The notes under the pieces are model-generated. The model ran no database searches, was not told the DNA's origin, and saw only the letters and a list, made by a program, of their open reading frames with translations. A stretch of DNA of 64,000 bases, taken from Podarcis muralis. Taxonomy: Eukaryota. A program made the translations under genes and the position numbers. The stretch covers positions 24,614,001 to 24,678,000 of the forward strand of contig NC_135667.1 in NCBI RefSeq assembly GCF_964188315.1, read 5' to 3'. Position 1 is the stretch's first letter. Each line of letters starts with the position of its first letter. Positions 25,195 through 36,298 of the stretch are shown in pieces.

Positions 25195-25330
25195 TTCAGC
25201 TTTTGAAGCCCATTTATTCTTCAGTGCAGAGACTGGCTAGTTCATCCAATGTAGAATTCAGAAGGGTGTGACCGGCATCTGATGACATATATCACATTGG
25301 AAGCAGGGTGAATGAAGCCCTGTTATTCTG
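25195..25330 (-). mobile_element. Degenerate Penelope GIY-YIG fragment
   Basis: Minus strand SNVIYVIRCRSHPSEFYIG*TSQSLH*RING, colinear with the 60167-60470 copy. Confidence 0.7.
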
Positions 25331-26687
25331 GATAATACCATGGCAAACCTTTACACAATGTATGCTTCAACCATCCAGTATGTTTGTGTGTGAAGAAATG
25401 ATGCTTTCAAAGAGCAGGTAATGGAGAGTAGCACTTAAAGAAGAAAAATAGTAATGCTGTATAACTAGGGCAGTGAATTATGCTTACGTTATAAATGCAA
25501 CATGGCAGCTGAGGGATTTTTATTTTATTTTTTAGTCAAAATATGCTTGAAATTCTGTGTTATTGCTTCCAATTGTGACATTCTCTTTGAAAATAGGCTG
25601 GCAACACCTAGAGAGCATGATGTTGGGAAATGCTGGTTCACAGCTTTGTCATCTGTTGAAAAAATAGGACCAAGGAGCAAGTCCTACACATTTTGGATCA
25701 CATTCCTGATTCTCCTGATAAATCTTTTCCAGTATGGTCCAAATGTTTTGTGTTACACTGGAAGGAAAGAAGTCTATTTTGGGGGTAGGGAGCAGAGGGA
25801 GTGGCAGTCAAGAGTGAGGAGAGTATCATGTCAAGAATGCTTTTCTGAGTGATGGCAAGGAGGGCAATTTTCCATTGACAAACACTGGCAGGATTTTCTG
25901 CAGGCATTCCCGGACCAGCCATTTTTTCACCAGAGATGCAGATAAAAGAATGTCACTTTTCCAGAGATTGAAGATAGTTGGGGAAGGGTAGGGAAAGAAA
26001 ACAGCACTACATGTGGATGATAACTATTATATCCTATCATACTAGTGTTGCAAGAGTAGACACAGGAACAGAGTGGACTTCTGCAGTGCCCACACAGTAT
26101 GGTCACTTTGTCTACAGTATATCCCTGTGAAGTGGCCTGCTCTGGCTGATGACTGGTGATAACAGCTTTAGTTTGGGACACTGTCTGCAACAAGTACAGA
26201 CCTATTCTTAAAGACCTGTGAGAGGGAAGTGTAATTCAAGTGGTTTCAGCTGGGAACTATCAGGGCAAGAAGTGGTGTATTGTCATTTTCTCTTCTAGGC
26301 CTCTCAAGAGGTAGATTATTCCTGGATACATGTCTGGCCTTCATTATCATTTTTTTCCACTTCAATTGATGGACGTTTAACCCGCTTAGGCTGATGGTGG
26401 GTTGTTAGTGTTGTTCTAGATCAACTGTGATGATGCTAGCATATCCCATGACATCTCTTGTAATAGATGTCCTCCTGAAAATTTTAAATACCGTAATTGC
26501 GTAGAATGTCCTTCTGTATATCCCCTTTCTTGTACAATGAGGAAAATATTGATGATGCAAAACGATATCACAGTCATTCTCTCTTCAAGGAACACACATT
26601 TGCCAATGGATTATAGCATTACCCATCACATTAATCAGCATGATTTTAATGTCTCTGCAGACAAGTATTAAAATAAATGGAGAATCA

Positions 26688-26836
26688 GCTGGATAGCTCA
26701 GTTGGTTGGAACATATGTGCTGATAACACCAAGGTTGCAGGTTCGAAGTCTGTATGGGACGGATGTATATTCCTGCATTGCAGGGGTGGGCCTAGGTGAT
26801 CCTCAGGCTTCCTTCCAACTCTACAATTCTATGATT
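26688..26836 (+). mobile_element. tRNA-Ile(AAT)-headed SINE with CR1-like tail
   Basis: tagctcagttggtt.ga.cat..gtgctgataacaccaaggttgcaggttcga, then tcctgcattgcagggg...ccttccaactctacaattctatgatt. Confidence 0.75.
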
Positions 26837-26858
26837 GTATTATTCTAATAGATTTTAT

Positions 26859-27719
26859 TTGCGTGTGTAGGTCCCCAGGCCACCCCTCAAATAACTTCAC
26901 ACATAACACGTAATTTAGTTTTGGTTTTTTGGGCACTATTTTGGCCACAACTTTATTAAAATACAAAATCAGTGAGTGGTTGTTTAGACATTGGTTATGA
27001 CTATCTGTCCCCCCGCCTGGGACAGAACTGACATCCCGAGGTCCGATCGGTAGCCAGTAGAAGGGAAAGTCAAACTTGGGGGTCATTTGAGCTAAGCGTC
27101 GGACCCACGCCGCTCACCCCAGCAGCTCCCGGAAAGCTTGCTGGCCCTGGTCCTATGACAAGGATTCCCATGACAGGGATTGGGCGGCCCTGGTCCCATA
27201 ACAGGGATTGGATGAAATCGTGGCAAGCCCCAGGATTCCTTTAACGGAATTCCCTTCAGCGCAATAGGAGGGGTAGGCACAGCCTATCCTGACCCCTCCA
27301 CCACCAGCATATTATAACCATTGCCTAACCGCAACCTTACAAGTTGTGACAAATTGCTCAGTAGTAGGCAAAAACCAAATGGCACAGCCAATCACCAAAT
27401 GGCAAAATTCCTACTAGGCCCCCGCGCCAAATCAGACGACCCCATGACAGGCAAAGCAAGGTCAACCAGAAAAGAGGGCGGGCGGGCGGGCGGGCGGGTG
27501 ATCCGATGCACTCTGCAAAGAGAAAGAGAAACCAGAGTGCACCAATATTTAAAGACTATGGTCCCACCCACCCAATTTGCAACATACAATTTGCCCCAGC
27601 AACCCAGTTATCCAATCACAATGCCAGGCAACAACTATTAACCTGCCTGGCAACAAGAGGCCTGGCCCGGTGGCCCACACCGCAACACGTGTTCTCATTT
27701 ATTGGAGAACACACTTTGC
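26859..27719 (-). mobile_element. Ngaro-related 'solo' A-B unit, no ORFs
   Basis: TTGC at both ends; 5' hairpin (gtgttctc...gagaacac) after GCAAAG; shares gattcctttaacggaat, tgcctaacc, agttgtgac and ggccacaactttatt with the A2/B2 repeats at 30705-31467. Confidence 0.7.
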
Positions 27720-27830
27720 TATACATACAAGTATAAAAATAAATGGAGAATCACTTTTAGTATTCTTATGGGTTTTATTCTCTCTCTCTCTTTCTCTTAC
27801 AGGTAACACACCGTTGTTTTCACATACAGA

Positions 27831-28787
27831 ATGTCTAATCTGACCTCCACTTCTGGATTTCTGCTTCTGGAATTTTCTCAGGTCCGAGAACTGCAGGTCT
27901 TACAGTTCTTTCTGTTCCTAGCATTATACTTAATAATCATAATGGGGAATCTTTTGATCATTGTTGTGATAGCTCTTGACCATCGTCTACATATACCAAT
28001 GTACTTCTTCCTAATGAACTTGGCCATTTCTGATATTGGCACAGTTTCTGTCACTCTACCCAAATCAATGTTTAACTTACTCATAAACAGCAGTCACATT
28101 TCCTATTTTGAATGTGTCTCTCAAATTTTCTTCTTTTTAGTCTTTGAATGCTTAGATTTTGCTATTTTAATAATAATGGCACATGACCGGTATGTTGCTA
28201 TCTGCAATCCACTGCAATATGAACAAATCATGAATGAAGGAGCCTGCGTTCAGATGACAACCATTGCGTGGATTGCCAGTATTCTCTATTCTGTGTTACA
28301 CACTGCTGGCACATTTTCAATGAACTTCTGCTCCAATCGTGTTGATCAATTCTTCTGTGAAATCCCCAAATTAATGAAATTGTCTTGCTCTGACTTATAC
28401 CTAGTTGAAGTTGGAATTCTTGTATTTAGTTATATCATAGCATTGGGATGCTTCATTTTCATTATTAAAACTTACGTGTGGATTTTCACTACAGTCCTCA
28501 AAATCCCTTCCAAACAGGGACAGCATAAGGCCCTCTCCACTTGCCTGCCCCACCTCCTTGTTGTCTCTCTGTATGTGTTCTCTGCAACCTTTGTTTATGC
28601 AACACCACATAGTAATATCTCACCTGACCTGGATCTAGTCTTTGCTGTGATATATACTATACTTCCTTCTTTACTAAATCCCTTCATCTATAGCTTGAGA
28701 AACAAAGAGATCCAGACTGCATTGCAGAAGCTATTGAATCTTAAACACTTGTATGGCACTGTTCCCAAATTTGTTCTGAAAAGTTGA
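27831..28787 (+). CDS. OR-5: olfactory receptor, OR14-like, intact (318 aa)
   Basis: All OR motifs present; acceptor tctctctctctttctcttacag at ~27781-27802. Confidence 0.97.
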   Translation: MSNLTSTSGFLLLEFSQVRELQVLQFFLFLALYLIIIMGNLLIIVVIALDHRLHIPMYFFLMNLAISDIGTVSVTLPKSMFNLLINSSHISYFECVSQIFFFLVFECLDFAILIIMAHDRYVAICNPLQYEQIMNEGACVQMTTIAWIASILYSVLHTAGTFSMNFCSNRVDQFFCEIPKLMKLSCSDLYLVEVGILVFSYIIALGCFIFIIKTYVWIFTTVLKIPSKQGQHKALSTCLPHLLVVSLYVFSATFVYATPHSNISPDLDLVFAVIYTILPSLLNPFIYSLRNKEIQTALQKLLNLKHLYGTVPKFVLKS

Positions 28788-30071
28788 AATGCTGTAGAGC
28801 CCTATCTGGGAGGTGAGATCTCACATCGTGATGCTTATTAGTGTCCCATCACTAGATGATGTACACTGTGTCGGGACATGTGGGTGGGCCTGCTCCATGG
28901 TGGCTCCCAAGCTTTGGAATTCCATTTCCCTTGAGATTTCTCAGGCATTCATGCTGTTTCCTTTCTAATCTTAGCTTAAAACAAGGGTGTTTTTTTTTGG
29001 GGGGGGGTGCCATTGAATTGATGCTGAGTTGCTTGTTTATGTGTTTTTGATTTTAACTTGTGCTGATTGAATTCTGTTGTAGGTTCCTAGTTTTAAGCTC
29101 TGAAATTACTGGATAGGATTGGGATATTTATATTTTAAATACATAACACGTAATGTCCTTATTTTCTTAGAATACACCCTTACCAGATTGTTAACCTTAC
29201 TTGTTTAAAAAGAAGCTGTAGATTCACACAGTGGAGGCATATGTTGTTCTCTACCCATATTATTTTGGCAATGCTGCCTTCTGTCCAGGTCTCCCAACAG
29301 TTCCAGCCAGCATGGCTCGTGGCTACATTTTTCTAAGGATTACAGCTTGAAAGTGAGTATAAATTTCCCTGAGCACTTGCTGAATTTGGAAATTTATACC
29401 ATGAAAAATGAAAGTTGCTTTGTGGAAACTAGGGGTTTTTCTTGGTTATTATTTAGAATAAAACTCTTTAAATTTTGACGATATACACACTGTAAACATG
29501 AAGACGGGACTTAACATATTTTCATGTGTTGAGACTATGTGGCTCAAGAGATAAAGATTTAATTTACCAAAAATGTTAGTGAAACAAAGCACAATTCATG
29601 TGATATATTTATTCTAAATACAAAGTACCAAGGAACTGAACATTATATTTATTCATTCATTCCATTACCCCTTGCCAAGATACCTTTTGAACTAATGAAA
29701 TACCTGTACATCTTTTTCCCCAGACATAAATAAATAAATGCACAGGCTGGTTATTAGAAATAAGAAGCTTTCCAGCTATCCAAGTTCAATTGTTTGTTTG
29801 TGTGTGTTTGTGTATAGATGGACAGATTGATACAGACTAATATTGTTAAAGGATTACTGGATTTGCTTTGAATATGTGCTTCCCCTTTAAGCCCATTATA
29901 TTGTACCTCTATGATTGGACTCTGTGGGAGAAGGCACTGCAGTGTCTTTTTAAGCACCCTTTTTACATGTCTCAAGAGTCCATTGTGTTGCCATTAAGAG
30001 ATAGTGATTCATGCCTGCAGAAGGCGACAGTAGACTCACCCTCTTCAGCTGGATGCCACATGATCCTAGTA

Positions 30072-30303
30072 CAGTGGTACCTCGGGTTACAGAAGCTTCA
30101 GATTACAGAGACTTCAGGTTACAGACACCGCTAACCCAGAAATAGTACCTCGGGTTAAGAACTTTGCTTCAGGATGAGAACAGAAATCGTGTGGCGGCAG
30201 CAGGAGGCCCCATTAGCTAAAGTGGTACCTCAGATTAAGAACAGTTTCAGGTTAAGAACGGACATCCAGAACGAATTAAGTTCTTAACCCGAGGTATCAC
30301 TTT
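30072..30303. mobile_element. Tc1/pogo MITE (opposite orientation to 7002-7243)
   Basis: TA-CAGTGGTACCTCGG...GAGGTATCACT; absent from the paralogous site at ~16870. Confidence 0.88.
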
Positions 30304-30704
30304 GTAGGAAAACCACAGGCCAGAATAGGCTCTGGCACAACCTTTTTATGATTGGTAGGCACCTTTCTGAAAGGTGCTTTGGTGATCCTAAGGTTTACGC
30401 CAAATCTCCTCCAGCAGGCTGTGCCTTCAGCCATGGGAAGCAGTGGTAGAGGAAGTTGCAAAGGTGCAAGGGGGGGGAGCAGGAGGGTGACAAGTGACAG
30501 TGGAGGGGGGGTTGTGGGGACATGGTGCATACTGGCACCTGTTTTTCTTTTAAAACAATAACAAAAAACCACTGAATATAGCATATGTTTTCTCGTGTTT
30601 CGTTGCAGTATATTAATAAGTAAAACAAATGCAAAAGGCCAAGGTGGTGCAATGATTTTTCTCTGCAAGAGCAAACCAGTGCTCTGTCACAAAAGCCACC
30701 TTGT

Positions 30705-31067
30705 GGTTCGAGGACCTGACCACCGTGATGTGGAAAGAATACACAAGGGACACGTTATATAAGGTTAATGGGCAATGAAAGGCCACAACTTTATTGATTA
30801 CAGCAGTGAAAAGGTATTGGCTTAGGCATTGGATCTCTCAAGCAAGTGGGTTTATTCACCAGTAGGTGGAGCCTGTTGATGCCAATCCAACTATAGGCTC
30901 ACCCCTGATGTCACCGAGGGTCGTGCCATGGCCTCCCGCCAAGCAGGCATCGGACAGAATACACGACTGCCAGATTCCTTTAACGGAATACCCAAAAATT
31001 GAAGGCATAGGCGATGGCCACACCTAGCTCTTCGACACACCACACCACATTAATCCAATGCCTAACC
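30705..31067 (-). repeat. Ngaro repeat B2
   Basis: Near-identical to 31468-31824 (a handful of mismatches); contains AATAAA on the minus strand. Confidence 0.92.
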
Positions 31068-31467
31068 TACCCACCAATACCACAAAAGTTGTGACGATTG
31101 CTACGATGTAGGCGAAAAAACCAAAAAGCCTAATGCCAAATGGAAAAACTCCTACCAGGCCTCCTAGGCAACCAGGGCGACCAACCTAAGGTCCATAGCA
31201 AGGCCAGTGACCTAAGCCCTAACTCAAAGGGAGTGGAGGGTGGGTGACTCGCGGCGAGACGACGAAGAATGAGGCCAGGCAGAGGCTGTCGCCGCAGCAA
31301 AAGGCTGCTGAACACGCCCCCTCTCAGGCACCTGGTTGGATGCCTGCCGAGGGGCGTGGGCGCCAGCCAGGTGAGATGGAGGCAGGGGGCTAACGCCCCC
31401 TGCTAGGGGCGGTGCTCGGCTCCCGCCCACAACCACTCCCCTCTCTTGCAGGGAGGAGAGTCTTTGT
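31068..31467 (-). repeat. Ngaro repeat A2
   Basis: 31421-31467 is identical to 33910-33956; GC-rich with a terminal hairpin. Confidence 0.85.
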
Positions 31468-31824
31468 GGGACCCGACCACCGTGATGTGGAAAGAATACA
31501 CAAGGGACACGTTATATAAGGTTAATGGGCAATGAAAGGCCACAACTTTATTGATTACAGCAGTGAAAAGGTATTGGCTTAGGCATTGGATCTCTCAAGC
31601 AAGTGGGTTTATTCACCAGTAGGTGGAGCCTGTTGATGCCAATCCAACTATAGGCTCACCCCTGATGTCACCGAGGGTCGTGCCATGGCCTCCCACCAAG
31701 CAGGCATCGGACAGAATACACGACCGCCAGATTCCTTTAACGGAATACCCAAAAATTGAAGGCATAGGCGATGGCCACACCTAGCTCTTCGACACACCAC
31801 AACACATTATTCCAATGCCTAACC
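31468..31824 (-). repeat. Ngaro repeat B1
   Basis: Direct repeat of 30705-31067. Confidence 0.92.
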
Positions 31825-31858
31825 GCCACCCGAGCCAAAAGGCTCGCCGCCAATACCC

Positions 31859-32433
31859 TCACGGCTGTAACCAATCCCGGATGCAATTGATGACACTATC
31901 TAACCAAATGTCATTCCCCAGGTCTGATAAATGCACCCCGTCATTCCGGTATAAGGCTTGGTCACCGATCCGGATACGTTCTTGATAAATGACTCGGCCA
32001 TCCATGAAGCGCACCCAACGGGCCACTGCCCGATTTACGAGTTTCCTGTTTTTTTCAATGGCCATACAGCTCTGCGCACCGCGCCAAAATATTCTCTTCA
32101 GCAAAGAGGACCAGAACACCGTCGTTCTGGGACATGAGGCTGCAAACGCATTCAAGTCTCTTTTTATGTTTGACAACAACTCCACGCTCCTTCTGTTGGC
32201 AAGGTCATTCTCCCCTAATTGAATGACAAGGATATCGGGAGGGCCGAACATGGCAACTTTCTCCCACAGCAATGGCATAAGCTCGTCCCAGCGCATGCCT
32301 CTTCTCGAAAACCAGGAAACTTGAACTTCAGGTGATAAACCAAGATTAGGTACGAGGCCGCAGCTGACCACCCAAACGCGGGCCCAATAGACAATACTGT
32401 GGCCGCAAATCCACACGCATTTCCTGTGCACAG
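31859..32433 (-). CDS. SGNH/GDSL-family hydrolase frame of the Ngaro element (open, no upstream ATG)
   Basis: Blocks I-V in order: WICGHS (Ser), RG, QLGEND and DGVH. About 190 open codons. Starts immediately after a pyrimidine tract + CAG. Confidence 0.85.
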
Positions 32434-32493
32434 CTGAGGATGAAAGGACAGAGAAAAGAACCGGTAAGTAGGGGTGATATATCCGGGCACAAT

Positions 32494-33389
32494 CTAACGA
32501 ATATAACTTTTATAAGCATTGGATTTCCACCGACCCAATTCTTTGATCTTATCCGCAGGCAGACCCAAGTGGGCGGCTGTTGTTGCGGCACCGATTCTGA
32601 ATGAGTGTGCGGTATATTCAAGGGACGGTAAACCACACGACTCGATAGCTTTGCGGAGTACCCTGGTGAATTGGTGTCTCAACAAGGGTGACCCATCCTC
32701 GTGAACCAGGAGTGGACCAGGGCCGGGTGGTCTAAGGTAGAGGTACCGCCTAGTGTCCTTTACCGGGCATGGGCCCTGCTGAGCCGACGCTGTCAGCTCA
32801 GCTAGAACCCCCCTACCAGCCTAATCAGTTTTGGACTGGCGTATCCTGACCGTCAAAGTCGATTCAGACAACAGCACGTCCTCCATAAGGAGGCCACGCG
32901 TTGAAACCCTTGCGCCAGCTTCCACCACGACTTCGCCAACTCTCAGAGCGCCAAAAAAGGCGATGGCGTACGCCGCTGAAAAGAGGCGGGCCTCAAACTT
33001 GCTCCAGCAAATTGACGTGAGCTTCGTGTGTATTTGAGATAGCAACCCATAAGAAATTGGCTTATGTCCCTCGGCCCTGGGGGGTTGTGACCTGCCCCAA
33101 CCTTCAATAGCTCTACGGATCAGAAAGTTGCTGCACGGGTCGTCAGAAAATGTGGCTTTAGAAAAGAAGCTGATGGCCGCTACGTGTATCTTTAATGTTT
33201 TGGGAGCACGTCGAGATGGGAAAGGTACTGAAGAACATCGTCAGAGGTGGGTGGTACGTTATGCGACAGCCCAGATAACCCAGACCTGAAACCCAGGAAA
33301 TCGCACCAGGCCTTCTTGTAAGACCTGAGAGTGGAGGGTGTGACAGACGCTAATACTCCCTGAATCACTTTGCGTCTCCAACGTTCCAT
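32494..33389 (-). pseudogene. Tyrosine recombinase (DIRS/Ngaro), disrupted
   Basis: SAM-like N-terminus (TPSTLRSYKKAW), then FFGALRVGE, SKTD, HSFRIGAAT and GRWKSNAYKSY. One frameshift near 33215 and TAG for CAG at 32821-32823. Confidence 0.92.
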
Positions 33390-33905
33390 AGGTGCTCCGG
33401 AAAGGGCTCGGGCAACGGTTGTGCACCAGGTGCTAGCGACCAGAAGCGAGATATCTGAAAGCGAGACAAAGCATCGGCTATATCATTACTGGTCCCAGGA
33501 ATAAATTTGGCTGAAAATATGTTGTACTCAAGGCACCGGAGGACGAACGCCCGCAGAAGGGAGGAAACCCTCGCAGACCGAGATGACTGCCTGGCTAGTA
33601 TGTTCACCACTGCCAGGTTGTCGGTCCTGAAGCATACGCGGTGATTTCGAAACTCCTCCGTCCAGATGTGAACGGCCACCACTATAGGAAAAAACTCAAG
33701 AAAGGTGAGATCCCGCGTGATGGCCTGACCCTGCCATCCCGTTGGCCATCGTTGCGCACACCAACGTCCCCTGAAGTACAAGCCAAAGCCTAGAGACCCC
33801 GCCGCGTCTGATTGGACCTGGAAGTCTGATGACAAATTTAAAACATCCTGCCATAGAGATACCCATTGTATTTTTCCAAAAATGTCATCCACACCTCCAG
33901 GTCAG
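33365..33905 (-). pseudogene. DIRS-type RNase H with end of RT connection, disrupted
   Basis: QSDAAGSLGFG, TFLEFFPIVVA, FRTDNLAVV and NDIADALSR. The upstream DLEVWMTFLEKYNG is frameshifted near 33865. Overlaps the YR start, as is typical of DIRS elements. Confidence 0.9.
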
Positions 33906-34673
33906 CCTCTCCCGCCCACAACCACTCCCCTCTCTTGCAGGGAGGAGAGTCTTTGTAGATATTATTGTCATGTTCCCGAAAAGGAATAACATCAGTCAAC
34001 ACTCAAGGAACTACCATCAAAAGAGTGTCACCTTGTGCTTATTGAAGTCTTCAAGTGCTTGAAGAACAAGAACAACAACAGCAGCAGCCACCCTTTTCCA
34101 TTTTATGCTTCTTTTAAATTTTGAATTGGACGATTAGGCTGAAGTCATGTTGTTCTCCCACAAATCAATGTAAAAAATGCAATGCCAAACTTTCTTCTTG
34201 AGATTTAATATGGATAGGAATGGCTTCAGATTCATGATTACTGCCAGTGATAACAAATCTGATTTTGTATCTCTAAGATTGGAATTTGTAGGAGAAGGAA
34301 CTGCTGAAATGGTCAGACCAATCTCTTTGTTAAGGTAATAGCCCTAGCCTGCTTGCTAAGTATCCTTTTCACATGTCTTAAGTATAAAAAAGGAGAGTTA
34401 TTTTAGGGTATCTTGGAATATCATAGCCCATACTAGTTTGTATAATATTCAGTACTTCTGTCCAGAAGTTCTTAATTTTCTTTTTATTAAGGGTCTCTAA
34501 AGGGTTTCGAAGCAAAAAACTCTTACAGGTGTAAATGACATAAAGCAAACATAAAACAGCAGTAAATTCATTCATCCATTCATTTTACATGAATGATAAA
34601 ATTTACGTAATTGTCGTAAATAAAATAAAATAAAATAGAGCACTGTCATCCTGAAGTTCTATCACCACCGAAC

Positions 34674-35039
34674 TGTCATGTGACAAAGGTCTTTGAGAGC
34701 AGAAGCAGTAGAAGGAAGCAGTAAAGAAAAGCTGCAAAATCACTCTAGCTTGCTGAATCTCTGTGACTTATCCAGAGGATAACTCATTCTCTGTATAAAT
34801 GTTTTGTATCTGTTTGCAGGCAGACTCTGTGGAGCCTCTGAGTCTCTCTGTGTGTGGAGCCTGACTCAGGAATGGAGCTTGTGCTCAGTGAAGCCTGTAC
34901 TCTGTTTTATGCTCTGAATGTGACTTAATTTTCTGTTACACTATGCTGTTATTTGCAAACAAGTTTATTTTAAATCAGTAAAGCTTTTATTCTTTTACTG
35001 AAGAAGACTCTGCATTATTAATTTAAGCTGCGCATCACA
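34674..35039 (+). mobile_element. Solo LTR (TG...CA)
   Basis: TGTCATG...CATCACA inverted ends; absent from the paralogous site at ~18405; imperfect aac TSD. Confidence 0.7.
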
Positions 35040-35125
35040 AACCCCTTTGCTGAAGCTTGGCCTTTGTACTGGCTCAGCTCCACAACAGTTCTGTCAAACA
35101 GATTAACATTTGGGAACTAAAACTT

Positions 35126-35923
35126 ACAAAGCGTGTTCTCCTTCATAGAGAGCATGTGTTGCAATGGGGTCTGACAGGCCACCCCTCTGTTGCTGGGTGG
35201 GTTAGTATGGATGACCATACACAGTGATTGGGCAGTTGGGTTACTGGGCAAATTTTGGTGTTGCCATTTAGGGGGATGGACCAAAGGTTATAAAATCAAG
35301 TCACGCACCACTGACTGTGCTTTTTCGCTGCGTGCATCGGATCACCCGCCCTACCTACCTAATCTAGGGCTATTGCGTTGACCTAGCTAAGCCTGTCATG
35401 GGCTTGTCTGCTTTTAGGGCAGGGGCCTGGTAGGAATTTTGTCCATTTGGCTGATTGGCTGGTGCCATTTGGTTTTTGCCTACTGCGTAGCAAATCGTCA
35501 CAACTTGTAAGGTTGTGGTTAGGCATTGGTTTAAAAATTGGTTGGTGGAGGGGTAAGGATTGGTGGTGCCTTCTCCTCCAATGCTGCTGTGGCAAGGGAA
35601 TTCCATTAAAGGAATCCAGGGGCTTGCCATTCTTTTGTCCGTACCCCTGAATGGGACTTGGGCCTCGCAGGGGAGAGGTGAGGGTCTGGTGCCCGGCTCC
35701 ATGGTCCCCTCAATATTGTTTCCCTTTACTGGCTTTTGCTGGAATCTGGAAGTCAGTTCTGTCCTGGGGCAGGGGACAGATAGTCAGAACCAATGCCTAA
35801 GCAAGCACTCACATTTATGTATTTTAATAAAGTTGTGGCCATAATTATGCCAAAAACCTTAAACAAAAATTATGTGTGAATTGTCAATTATTTAGGGGTG
35901 GCTTGGGGGACCTTGACACACAA
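35126..35923 (+). mobile_element. Ngaro-related 'solo' A-B unit, no ORFs
   Basis: ACAA at both ends; ACAAAG + hairpin start; AATAAAGTTGTGGCC; reverse-complement homolog of 26859-27719; empty site at ~18490-18505. Confidence 0.75.
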
Positions 35924-36224
35924 CCCTATGTAACATAGAAACATCAACAACAACCACCAATGGCATCTGCAAAATGCTTTGTTGAGCCAGCCTCTCAACA
36001 ATGTTCTATTTTCTCTGGGGGTTACAGCTGTAAAAGGCAATACAGAACAACTCTTTGCAGGTACAGTATAGTACTTGCATGTTAAGCCAAAACCGTAACA
36101 TCAAGGGAACAAAATAGAATTAATTATAGACATTAACATTCCTATTGCCTTATTGGTACCAATCATCTATTTAGGTTAGCGTGGAAACAAACAAAGAGAA
36201 GGCGAAGGAAAAAAATTCAACACA

Positions 36225-36298
36225 TTTTTCCGATCAGGTGCACTGGGCTCCTGGGAGAATGTCTCCAAGATGTCAAAGAAAATAGAACTACAAATTCC
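36225..36298 (+). promoter_or_regulatory. Putative core promoter of OR-6
   Basis: tttttccgatcaggtgcactgggctcctgggagaatgtctccaaga...tacaaattcc; donor-like ATGTGAGT at ~36570. Confidence 0.55.

Larger units (their letters stand above)
30705..33956 (-). mobile_element. Ngaro-type tyrosine-recombinase retrotransposon, internally deleted (gag/RT missing)
   Basis: Split direct repeats A1 (33910-33956, truncated) - RNase H - YR - SGNH - B1 (31468-31824) - A2 (31068-31467) - B2 (30705-31067). Boundaries are confirmed by the empty paralogous site at ~17298-17320. Confidence 0.9.

Noticed and set aside
26688-26760. tRNA-like sequences here and at 270-322, 1400-1470, 5131-5210 and 62140-62220
   Set aside because: They are SINE heads with degenerate stems followed by SINE bodies, not tRNA genes.
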